Shown here piece after piece: positions 12,617 to 23,126 of a stretch of 64,000 nt of DNA. Within the stretch, counting starts at the first letter, position 1. Every line of letters begins with the position of its first letter. Under the pieces are notes generated by a model. The model did not search any database. It saw only the letters and a list, made by a program, of their open reading frames with translations, and was not told the DNA's origin. A program made the position numbers and the translations under genes. The DNA is from Raillietiella orientalis (Eukaryota), in assembly GCA_036172245.1 (NCBI GenBank), contig JAYWIR010000025.1, forward strand, positions 2,604,001 to 2,668,000. The letters are read 5' to 3'.

Positions 12617-13140
12617 ACTGAAGGCGACTGGAGGTTTGTAGGCAGAGGTACTCGGCAGATGGCTAAGGATCCTCCGGTCTTTCTTCCAGCAAGAGCAACC
12701 AACTCTTTGGAGACAGAAAGAAGGGCTGCTTGGGTCTGAAGCGGCTGTCTGATAAAGCGGGTGTCTTCGTCATGGACGGATAGGAGTAACCGACCTCGCC
12801 GGATGTCGCGGTCAAGAAACTCGCCTTGGAAACTCTGCGGTAAGTTGCCGTTGAAGAGGATTCTCCAGCCCCCTTCGGAGTGAGACCTGGGGAAGCACCT
12901 GTCTAGTGGACTCCACCGGCAAGCTGGCTTGTATGAGCAAGCACATAAGGAGTATCCGGACGGTGGAGAGGTAGGGTCCTACTCCCCAACAACAGCGAGT
13001 TGGTTGGTTGGTGATTCCGTTCGGCGAAGCGATTTACGAACCCACTGCAAGAGACGAAGTTCGCTTCCACTCTGAGAGCTGCTCGGCGTGAGCGCGCTTG
13101 GCAATCCCTGTTTTCCACTTGGTACGCTAAGGAGCTTATT
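12617..13140 (-). mobile_element. Degenerate Tx1 ORF2 internal fragment (post-RT region)
   Basis: Minus-strand NKLLSVPSG (like KYLGVPLG) at about 13115-13140 and LDRCFPRSHSEGGWRIL (like L..P...GG.GL) at about 12855-12905. Confidence 0.5.
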
Positions 13141-15790
13141 CTAAAAATAAAATGAATTTCAACAGTAAAATATTAAAAAAAACAAAAAACAGGAAAAACA
13201 AATCTGTCCGTCGCGGGAGTTCCATCCCGCTAATTCGACAAGTCTCGAAGGATGCCGCTGCTGGGAAGCAGTCGGCGGAAAAGGACTACTCAGAGAGCAG
13301 CGAGGGGGAAGGGAGGTGAAAAAATAAATGGATAAAAATCAAGAAAAATGTTTTGAAATGCTTGGGGGTAAGGGAAGGGGTCACGGAGTTCTCCCTGGCG
13401 TCCTCTTCATCCTATCAAGGAGCTCGCTGGAGAGCTCCTTCAGGTTGTGTATCAGTTGCTGCCATCTCACTGCGATCCTCATGGAGAAGAATACGATGGA
13501 AATGGCGTCCGCGGTCCTTCCGCTTCTGTCGTCAGGGCTTTGGGCCGCTATGATTCCGCGGACGAAGCACGAAACTGCGATCGTAGCGGCAGTCGACACC
13601 CCGCCACGCGTGAAGAAGAGTCTGAATGAGGCCCTTGGATAGTCTTCTGTAACGTTCAGGGAACGTTCTCACCGGGGGGAGGAAGGGGGAGCAAATGCGA
13701 AAAGCAGATGCGGGAAGGGATTTCAGCCCGTTCACCGCACCTGGCGCAACCTGGGTTCACGGTTCCCCTGGTCCAGTGGTGGAGGCTTGCGTTGCATAGG
13801 GTGCACCAAGGCAGCAGCCGAAACGCCGAGTCCTGCCACTTTCAGGGGCAGCACGGATGTGTCCGAGAAAATTGCGGCGATCTGCACTTCATCCAACGGG
13901 ATTCCAAGGTGTTCCGCCCAGCGGATAAGTCCTTTGGGGAGGGTGGTAGGGATGGAAGCGACATCCAACTGACGCGCCGTCCAACACATCCCAACAGTCG
14001 TTTCCGTCCTGCGATGCCATGGGGCACCTGCCAACTTGCCTGCTGGCTGCCGTCGACGTTCTCCCGTGGGAACGGCAGCACTACGGAAAGCGATGTCCTT
14101 CCAGTCCACGAGGTCTTCCTTGGGCTCTCGATTCTTTCCCGCAACGAGCGGCGAGCGTGCCTGGATCACAGAGAATTTTGTGCTTTCTCCAAGCTCGCGC
14201 CGTTCATCTTCTCCCACGTCGGACCTGCTGTTTCCCGTTTCCAGGCACCACACAGTTCGTAGTCGAGCAAGAGATCCAGTTGCGGTCCTGCGCTGGGGCA
14301 ACCATCTGCCGAAGCTGGACTCCCCTCCGCATCGGGGTAATCTTGTTCCCTTACCATTTCCAAGATCCTCATTCTTCATCCTGAGGACATCAAGAACTCG
14401 AAACAACCCAACAGCCAAAGTACCCACCTGGCTGCAGGTTTGAAAGGACGTTAGCCCCTCTGAGCCGGTTGCTCTCTTGGCCAGGATCCGAGCCGGGACG
14501 CACCAACGGGTGGTCCGAAACTTCGCCGCCAGGGCTGTCCTCGGAAATAGGGAGGACGCTCCATCTTCTCCAGCTCTACGATGCCGAGTCCAGCGTCCCG
14601 ATGCGGCGCGCACGAGTCCTTCAAGAGGACCCGGGACCTCTGCATTCCCCAGAAGGCTTTTCGCAAGGACCCCGGTCCTCTTCTTTTTACACCTCTGGGA
14701 GGCAGGAAGGGAGAGGAGCAAGCAAAAAGAAGGGGTCGGAGGATGGGGGCGCACGAACGTGTTCCCGAATGGCGGACCGTTCCGGAAGGAGAAATTCGCC
14801 ATCCTGGAACGCACTGAGAGCCGACTCTGCACGTCTTGAAGACATCTGGACCACGCCTCCTGCCGGGGATAACCCCCCAACGGCACACCAAGGTACTTGA
14901 GGTACCGAAACGTGGGATCCCCGACCGTGGCAACCCTCCTCAGCAAGCAACCGGATCAGAGGGGAGCCACGCACTTCGTTGATCTCCATAGCACATTCCT
15001 GACGACCTGGAAACATCTGCATTTTGCTGACTACCGTTTCAGCCATGTGACGAGGTCTGGATCTGCTTCAAACATGGGGAGTATCAGGAATGAAGGAAGC
15101 AGATCGTTCCTGCCGACATTGGTCAGGATCTGGGATGAGATTTTGCCTCAAGCTTCAAATCAATGCATGGGACACTGTCCCTGTCTGACACGGCTGGGCA
15201 CAGTGCCGCTGCGGAAAGGTTGGAGAGAGCAGCTACGACGACAGCAGAACGGAAGCCGGTGCCAGTGGATCAGCATGCCCCTGGAGTGGATTCTGCCTTG
15301 TGGCCAGATTGCGGTGATGAGTAAGGGCAGCAAGACGGTGGTGTTAGGTGTCGTGTGCCTAGTCTTGAGAATGGGGAGGAAACATTGGACACAATCAGGA
15401 AAGAAAAGATAATACTGTGATGTTGCCGCTTAAATCTCCCGGAGAGGATTGTCCATGAGTCCGCCGTTGGAATCCCTGGAACGCAGGACCCATGGAACGG
15501 TGGAGTTCTGAGAGAATTGAGAGTCCTGAGGTTGTATGCAGAGGAAATGAGTCTTGTGATTGCCTCGTGCATCCGATGCAGTTGCGACATTTACCGGACG
15601 CACCGACTAGGACATCCACCGGGGGGACTTCTCCAGCCCGAAGCAACACGCAACGGAGGAGCATATCGATGAAATCTGACGCCCACTTGAACCAAAAAGA
15701 ATGTCTTAGGGACTTATTGATCTCTTCCCAGTCGTCTCCATGAAGACAGAGAGAAAAGGTTTGAAAGATGGTGAAGCGCTAGTAACTGTC
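13141..15790 (-). mobile_element. Degenerate Tx1-clade LINE (EN remnants, RT 3' part, C-terminus, structured 3' UTR), internally deleted
   Basis: FRYLKYLGVPLGG, AFWGMQRSRVLLKDSCAPHRDAGLGIVEL, EN-like FMET and PGDLS segments at 15400-15750, and a T-rich (in element sense) 3' UTR with hairpins at 13140-13330. Confidence 0.75.
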
Positions 15791-17311
15791 AGTGAGCCTA
15801 GCAAGTTGGAAGATGGCGAAGAGCTATCCCTTTCACTGTTTTTTTTTTTTTCTTCTGTATTCCTGTTTCGTTTCCAATAAAAGCTATTGCATAAGCTCAG
15901 AAACATCCTTGATAATAATTAAGAAGTTAGCCAGAATAATCTGGAGTTTGCATTTCGCAAATCTTCCGCCAATCTAGAAAGGTAATAAATTGATTAATGT
16001 TAATAATTAATGCCTTAAGAGCATTCGTAAAATCAATCACACTCGTAGCGAAAAAGGATGATCTACCGAATTTATTTGCTAATATTTGTTTTATTTTTTT
16101 GAATTCAGGGTAAGCGGTCAAGAAGCTACAGCAAGTGGCATTGGTTTTTAAATCTTCGTATGAGCTACGTTTGTCTTAAAGAACTGATAGCAAATATGCT
16201 ATCCAAATCTTATCTATGTTATTATTTTGCATACCTCCTCTGTTTTACTGTATATGTGAATTTCAGTCATTTAACTCCATCCGTTATTCTTACCTTTAAG
16301 CAATCGCATCCAACTATTCAAGCCTCCTGAATCATTTAGACTCGAACTACTGTGTTGCCATGGCAGTTTTGGGAAGAGCTCAGCATTCGGACTCTGCATT
16401 CAAATAAATCCAGACTATTGGAATTCCTGTCATCTTTGAATATCGCGGTGAAAACATAGCAAATTCCTTAAGGAGATGGAATTCTGATCAAGATTGGGGA
16501 CACGTAAGAAGCAGGATTCTGTGAAAGTATCTAATGATGCACGTATGTAGTGTGTCAAGAAGCAGTATGTTAATTACTGTATTACAGTAATTAAGCACAG
16601 TCGCCAATCTTTACATTCACATGTGGTTGGAAGCAATACAAGTGAAGGTTGCAGGAAAGTAAGCTATAAAATATGGAAAGAATGAATAATAAATGCTCAC
16701 TGGAATCTATTCTATTATCGATGAATCTCTGGATTGTAGCTTTGCTTATATCGAACTGGAGACTGAACTGGGATCTCATCCCCACCCACCCCACCCCCAA
16801 TAATTCGTAACCTAAATTTCTTTAATTCGGCACTGCGTTAATCATAAATTGTAGATTAACTAAATAAATGATCACTTTTCTAAATTAAATACCAGCCTAA
16901 GATGTTCCTTTAATGATCACAGGTTCCTATCAATCTCTTTATTTATCTGCCTACTTTCACTCAATTTCATGATCTCAGCGATCGAATCGTTTAGCTTCAC
17001 TCGGATAACTTTACCCTCGTTAAAGCGCTGAAATACTCCTTTTTATTTCTCAGCAATTATACTTTGCAATACTTCTATGGATAGAATAGGCTGTTGATCT
17101 TTGTGCAGTGAATTCCAGAATTTCTGCCCTGGATCAAGTACAAAATTTAAACCAGGACTCAGACTGGGTATTTATATTACGCATCCGAGCATATCCCCTT
17201 TTTTTAAAGGGGGATTAATTATCTTTTTTCTTAAAAAAAAAAAAAAAGTAACGAAAAATCGCCTCGCTGGCGTGTAAGGAAAACAATTTCACGCTCATAG
17301 TTTTTTATAAT

Positions 17312-17329
17312 TTAGTTCATTATTTTTTT
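17312..17329. repeat. Target-site duplication, copy at the 3' flank of the full-length Tx1
   Basis: TTAGTTCATTATTTTTTT, identical to 23109-23126. Confidence 0.85.
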
Positions 17330-17475
17330 GGTTTTCCCCAAGTCCCACAAGGGGTGGGGTAAATTTATTTTCATTTTTTTTTTTTTAATATCATTCACAC
17401 TACAGTCACATTCATACAATACACTACTTGTTCTGTATTCACTGGAAGTCCTTGGGATTCACTGAAGTTCTGCAC

Positions 17476-20400
17476 TTAGGGTGGGTATGAGGGTGTTTGG
17501 TCCCGGGCGTGGTCTTCAATCCTCTTAAGGATGAGTCTGTACGTCCAGGCTGCTCGTCTTCCACAATTTCTTATGCCGATTTCCTTCTTCAGGAGTCCTT
17601 GCAGGATCTCCATCGGAGGTGCGGCTCTCCTGGCTTTCCTCATCTTCCACCACCGCACCAGAATGGCAGTGATGAAGAGGGCAATGGCCGTCCTCACCAT
17701 GGGATTGTAACAGGGAACATTACCATCCCGCTGAAACATCCCGGCTAGGATCTCCATCGTGGAACTGGTGGTGAGTCCAATGATCCGTTTAAGGATCAGC
17801 CAGTCGTGGAGCAATGTGGGACACGTCAGGATGTGGAGTCTGGTATCCGTGTCTCCACATGCTGGGCAGTCTTCGTCTCCTCTTCTTCTTGTGAAGTACT
17901 TTAGTCTGGACCCGCTCAGGATTCCTCCGTGATAAAACATCAGGAGGTTGTCCTGGCTGTCCGGCGGAAGGTCACTCCTCCATAGGGTCGTGCCGATCGC
18001 CAACAGGTTGATCCTGTTGCTTCCGTAGCGATTGGCCGCTTCCTGGAGGGCACTGGTGTCTTCATCTTGATCCTTTATCATTCTTCGGAGGGTTGTTTTG
18101 GTTACCCTGGACCACGCAAAGTCATCGTGGTTTATCCACACTTCGCGGGTCCGGTGGGTGAACCTACCTAGCATCTTCTCGATATACCGAAGTATACGAG
18201 CCTGATGTAGGTGGCCTCCTTTTCTCCATTCCTGGATTCGTTGCAAGGTAACTCTGTGCCGCCGGTAGATCCATCCTCGGGTATCGTCCGGGACCGGAAG
18301 CATCGAAAGGATCACGAGGATGGACTCCTGTTGCCAGAGTTCCCTGCTTCTTGGCACGATCTTGATCTTGTACTTTCGTACCAGCAGTTGTTTCCTCCTC
18401 CAGGTCGGGTCGATGGTCATCCACTCCCCTACTCGGCCTAGCAGCGCAGTCATCAGACCTTTCGAGTTGTTAAGCAACATCGAGTAGGCCCTATGCGCCG
18501 CGTACGGCCAGTCGTCCCATTGTTCGGCGATATCCAGGATGTGTCGCGTGTCCATGATTGCCATGGAGTGTGCAAGCGACTTCATCCCGGTTCCACCTTC
18601 TTCTTTGGAACGACATAGGGGTTTCAAACGAACTCTTGGGCGATATTTGCCCCATAATGTCTTCCTTTGCAGTTTTTCCAGCTCCCTCGAGGTGTCCCTT
18701 TTCACTCTCGCAGAGGCCGCCCCGAAGAGCACCTTAGGAAGGAGGACTCCATTCCAGAGGTTGGCCTTGCGTTTCATTCCAAGGTCCTGTCGGATGTACT
18801 TCGCTGCCTCTTTCGCCGTTTTCCCCAGGGTTTCATCCCACAAAAGCTTCGACGCAGGGCCGTCGCCAATGTAGACTCCCAGGTATTTGGCTGTGTCCAC
18901 CGTTCGGAATCCTCTCCCCGTGAGGACGGAGAGGTCCAGGATTCCGACGGGCAAAAGTTGGCTTTTCCTTGCATTGATCTTTAATCCTAGTCCTTCTTCC
19001 ATGAGCGTAACCACTTCCAGGAACGCACGCTGATTTCGTTCTCCTTTCATGAAGAAGAGAAGGTCATCAGCGTACGCCAGGTGGGTGAGCCGCTGGTCGT
19101 CGATCTGAATGCCTTGGAGGCGTCCACTCTTCTCGATGTACGAGGACAGCGCCTCCATGTAAATAACGAACAGCATAGGACTTAGCGAGTCGCCCTGGCG
19201 GACTCCTCGTTCCATCCTAATTGCTGTCGTGTCTTCGCCGTTGATCTTGATTCGGCAGTACTGGTTCTCGAGTACCAATCTCACGAAGGTGCTGAAGTAT
19301 TCCGGAAGGCTCAACTTGTCCAGAATCTTCAGCAGCATCCCATGGTCGATGGAGTCGAAAGCCTTCTTCATGTCAGTGAACACCAGCACCAGATCCTCGC
19401 CGACGTACCGGCTGAGTCCCACGGTGGCCTGGGCACACTTGACATTGTCCAACATGTGGCGTCCGGGCACCGCACATGTTTGGACCGGAGAGATGAGCTT
19501 CGGCATGACCTTGCCTAAGCGGATGGACCAGATCTTCGCCAACCATTTGGCATCGGAGTTTAGGACGGAGATTGGCCTCCATTAAGCGACCTGCGTGAGG
19601 TCGCCTCCTTTCGGCAACAATCTCATCCGACTCTCGTAGAAGGACTCGGGTAGTCTTCCTTCTTCACGGATGCAGAGGGTGAGCTGATGGAACAAGAGCA
19701 GGTAGGCGTGCAGGTACCGCTGATAGTGCGTGATGGGTACACTATCAGGGCCCGCTGCCACGTCCTTCCGCAGTTGCCCAAAAGCCGTTTTCACCTCATC
19801 TTCGGAGAAATCCTCCTCCAGTTTGTCTCTCTGGAGATCGCTTGTCCTCTTCTCGAGGTATCTCAGGAAATTTCTCTGCATAGACTTGCACGTGTGTTGC
19901 CGTCGGAAGTGTTCTTCGTAGTGCTGATGGAATGCTCCCACGATGTCTTCCGACGTGTGCCGCTTCTGGCCGCTGTACTGGATGCAGAAGATAGATGTCT
20001 GTCGCCAGATTCTTCTTTTCCAGCACGCCGACCTCCCCTTTCACATTATTGAAGACGTACCGACTCTCGTACTGATCGTAGTACTTGGAGAGGGAGCGGT
20101 CTTGGATGTTGAGCTCCTGGTACGCTTCTTGCCTCAGTCGCTTGCAAAAGTACTGCATGTTGCAGAACAGGTGGATCCGATGCTTCAACCTGTCCCAGTC
20201 GGCGACTCTGCGAATGGTGGTGTCCCGCAGAATCGCCTCGATCACCTCCTGGTGACAGGGAAGCATCTCAAACCAGGCGGGCATGCAGATGAGCGCCGCC
20301 CTAGTGGCCTTTCGCCGTCGAGGATTTTCCGTGCGGAGGGAGAACCGAACCAAAGGGTGATCGGACAGCAGGTGAGGAATGTCGCGAAAACCCTGGATTC

Positions 20401-20998
20401 GGTTGTCGATCTCCACGCTATGAAGGACGTGATCGATCGGTTTGCGGCTGGCTGTTCGCCACACGAGTCCGAAGTCGTCGGACAACCGTCGATACGCTTC
20501 TCTTCCTCTGATGTCTTGACAGTACTTGATGTGATCTTGAATATTCAGGTCACCCGCGACGATGACCATGTCCTTCGGTGCTACACGTTGGCGGAGTGCC
20601 TCGTGGAGAGCCTCCGCGCACCGATGCTTGTTCTTGTGCGGTCCGTACACGTTCACCAGAAACAGGTGAATGTTGTCGGACCAGGACAGTCGCACGCCGA
20701 TTATCCTTCCAGCGAGTGGACAGAAGGTTTCCAGAAGGGTGTGGACGAGCTCGTTCTTGATGAGGATCGCCACACTCATGGTCTTCCTTTGTCCCTCGCT
20801 GACAAACAGTTGCCCGTTGAACCGGCGTTCCATCTCCTGGGCGTTTTGTTGCCCGAGACGGTGGGTTTCCTGTAGGCACACTACGTCTTGTCTTGCGATG
20901 GTCCGCAAGATTGTCTTCCTTTTGCCTTGGTCTGTCAATCCATTGATGTTCCAGGAGGCGATGTTTAGCCTCCTGGCATTCGCTAGCGACGAGAACAT
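17476..20998 (-). pseudogene. Tx1 ORF2: APE endonuclease + reverse transcriptase + C-terminal Zn motif (about 1172 aa if repaired)
   Basis: EN motifs WNING, LQETH, VYGP, GDLN, IDH, SDH. RT motifs WRPISVLN, DMKKAFDS, GVRQGDSLSP, YADD (19063-19074), KYLGV. Zn motif CPACGDTDTRLHILTC. Broken by a 4-bp duplication (AGATAGAT, 19989-19996) and a TAA at 19582-19584. Confidence 0.95.
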
Positions 20999-21013
20999 GA
21001 AAGGGTTCGAAGT

Positions 21014-22705
21014 CTAATGCTTCGCTTTCCTCAGCTTCTTCTGACGGGGAGACCTTTCGCGTCTCACCGTCGAGGAAGCTGGCTTCTCACTCCCGGCATC
21101 GCTCTCCGTGCCGGTGTAGTCTGTGGACTCCCGGTCCGTCTCCATTGTGCGTTCTGCCCTGGCGATCGCCTTGCGCGGAAGTGTCTCGAGGGAGACCTTC
21201 GCGCAGTACGCCGCTTTCACTTCGAAAAGCTGGTTCTCTAGCTTTTCGCGCTCTTCTTGGATCACCAGGGTGCTGATTCCCTGTTGGGTTTCATTGATGC
21301 GAGTCAGGAGTTGCTCCTGCTGCACCTCACTTTTCTCCCCCTGCACTTCTTCCGCAAGCTTCACCACCTCCTCGGTGAGCTGCACCGCCTCCTGTGATGT
21401 CGGAACGGTTTCGGTGATTTCCATCACCTCGCCTTCCGGCACACCCTGCTTCTCGCCAACCTGCTCGACTTCGGCCTTCTCGCCAACCTGCTCGCCAACC
21501 TGCTCCTCGACCTGTGCAGCAGAGGATTCTTGCTCCTTCACGAGCATCCTCCTCTTGACGCCCTTCCTCACCGTGGTTAAGCCGTCCGCCGAAACTGGGG
21601 CTGCCTCCTTCGCCTTCCTCTGCTTCATCGCCCTTTGAGGTTTGATTACCTCCTCCAACACCAGTGTCCTAACTGGGGATTGACCCCGCATCGTTCTGTA
21701 GTTTGCAAACTCCGGACAGCACCACTTTGCATGCCCCGGAGACTTGCAGAACGAACACACCTCCGGCATGCTGCAGTCCCGCACCTGGTGGCCCTGCTTC
21801 CCACAGCGGAAGCACTTGGCCCTCGGGCAGACTCGCTGCCGGTGTCCAAAGGTTTTGCAGCCGTTGCAGAAAACTGGCTGCGTCCTATATCGAACGGAGA
21901 CTCCCATGTCGTCCCCGTCGAAGTAGATCATCCCAGGAACCTGGGCTTCCTCCTTCAACTTCATCTTCACCGTCGCCTCCCCCGAAAAGATCTTCCCAGA
22001 TATATTGTGGAAGTTGCTGTCCAGTACCTCGCCGTACTGCGACAGTTTCCTCCACACAGCCCTTTGGGTGACGAACGGCCCGAGTCCGCTCAGGAATAGG
22101 GTGGTGTACGGCATTTCGCCGACGCCACACACTATCCTGCCCTGGATGTTGATCCCTTTTTCAATTAGGGATTCCCTTATTTCTTCACAGTCGGTGTACA
22201 CTGTGAATCCCGAGGTGTTCGGGACGATCTCCTGCAGGCGGTCAAAGTCCACTTGCTGTTTGTAGAGAGCCAGGTATACCTCTTTGATGTTGTTCATTTT
22301 TATAAGTCCAGTCTTGAACGTGACCGTCTTCACGTTCGGCCCTAGTTTAATTATGGGCTCGTCGATGTCTCGTATCGGCCCAGACTCTGGCTTCCCGAAT
22401 TTCCTCTGCGGCTGGGTGGTCGCCGTCCCAGCCGCCACCGCCGCATAGGAAAAAGCTGCCGCCGCTGCCGGTGGCCGCCCCACGGTCGCAGCCACCGCGC
22501 AAGATGGCGTCGCGTCACTAGCAACGGTGGGGCCTACGGGCCCACCCGTCGCTCCGGCGACCGCCGTCTCCGGGGACGCCGCCGCTGCCACCGCCATCGT
22601 CGTCTCCACCGCTTCCATCGGAGTCGCGCCGGAAGAAACACACGATTGCCCTACCTCCATGGGCTGTGGCTTCTCCGTGGCTCCCATCCACCGCTGCTCT
22701 TGCAT
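21014..22705 (-). CDS. Tx1 ORF1 nucleic-acid-binding protein (RRM-like region + 3 CCHC zinc knuckles + Glu-rich coiled region)
   Basis: Uninterrupted ORF (first ATG at 22705; frame open from 22885). TTLFLSGLGPFV...LSQYGEV is RRM-like. Knuckles: CNGCKTFGHRQRVC, CFRCGKQGHQVRDC, CSFCKSPGHAKWCC. Confidence 0.92.
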   Translation of the reverse strand: MQEQRWMGATEKPQPMEVGQSCVSSGATPMEAVETTMAVAAAASPETAVAGATGGPVGPTVASDATPSCAVAATVGRPPAAAAAFSYAAVAAGTATTQPQRKFGKPESGPIRDIDEPIIKLGPNVKTVTFKTGLIKMNNIKEVYLALYKQQVDFDRLQEIVPNTSGFTVYTDCEEIRESLIEKGINIQGRIVCGVGEMPYTTLFLSGLGPFVTQRAVWRKLSQYGEVLDSNFHNISGKIFSGEATVKMKLKEEAQVPGMIYFDGDDMGVSVRYRTQPVFCNGCKTFGHRQRVCPRAKCFRCGKQGHQVRDCSMPEVCSFCKSPGHAKWCCPEFANYRTMRGQSPVRTLVLEEVIKPQRAMKQRKAKEAAPVSADGLTTVRKGVKRRMLVKEQESSAAQVEEQVGEQVGEKAEVEQVGEKQGVPEGEVMEITETVPTSQEAVQLTEEVVKLAEEVQGEKSEVQQEQLLTRINETQQGISTLVIQEEREKLENQLFEVKAAYCAKVSLETLPRKAIARAERTMETDRESTDYTGTESDAGSEKPASSTVRRERSPRQKKLRKAKH

Positions 22706-23108
22706 CTTGACGGGGTGCTGCTGCACCGTCGCCAGGGAGGGTAGCGAGTCCTCCACCTTGGACTCCCTTTCGCTGCTTCTGCTGCTGCAGTCGCTGTGGG
22801 ACGTCCTTGGTTGCGCACTCACTGTCTTTTCACTCAGCACGTGCCCTCTGGGGGCACGCAAAAATTGCCGCGGCAGTGATGTTACTCACTGCCTTGGCGG
22901 GGTATTGGGAAAAGTTTTCAACTAGCAATAATCACGGCTCAGTCGCCTTCCTCGCCTATGATACTGCCCGTGCCCTTCTCCTTTTTGACCAAGTCCTTAA
23001 AGGCTGCGGTCTTAAGGACCAAGTGCGAACTTTGACATTTTCTAGCTTTCTGGATTCAGCTTAAATACAAGTTTGAATTTATAATTTCGCAGAGCAATTC
23101 TTTGGTTG

Positions 23109-23126
23109 TTAGTTCATTATTTTTTT
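23109..23126. repeat. Target-site duplication, copy at the 5' flank of the full-length Tx1
   Basis: TTAGTTCATTATTTTTTT, identical to 17312-17329. Confidence 0.85.

Larger units (their letters stand above)
17330..23108 (-). mobile_element. Full-length Tx1-clade (L1 superfamily) non-LTR retrotransposon, about 5.78 kb
   Basis: 5' UTR, ORF1, 15-nt spacer, ORF2 (EN-RT-CCHC) and a short 3' UTR, bounded by an exact 18-bp direct repeat that starts with an A-run in element orientation, as expected for L1-type TPRT. Confidence 0.95.

Noticed and set aside
22860..23108. HDV-like, hammerhead or twister ribozyme at the Tx1 5' end
   Set aside because: Core consensus elements could not be placed; kept only as an unexplained structured leader.
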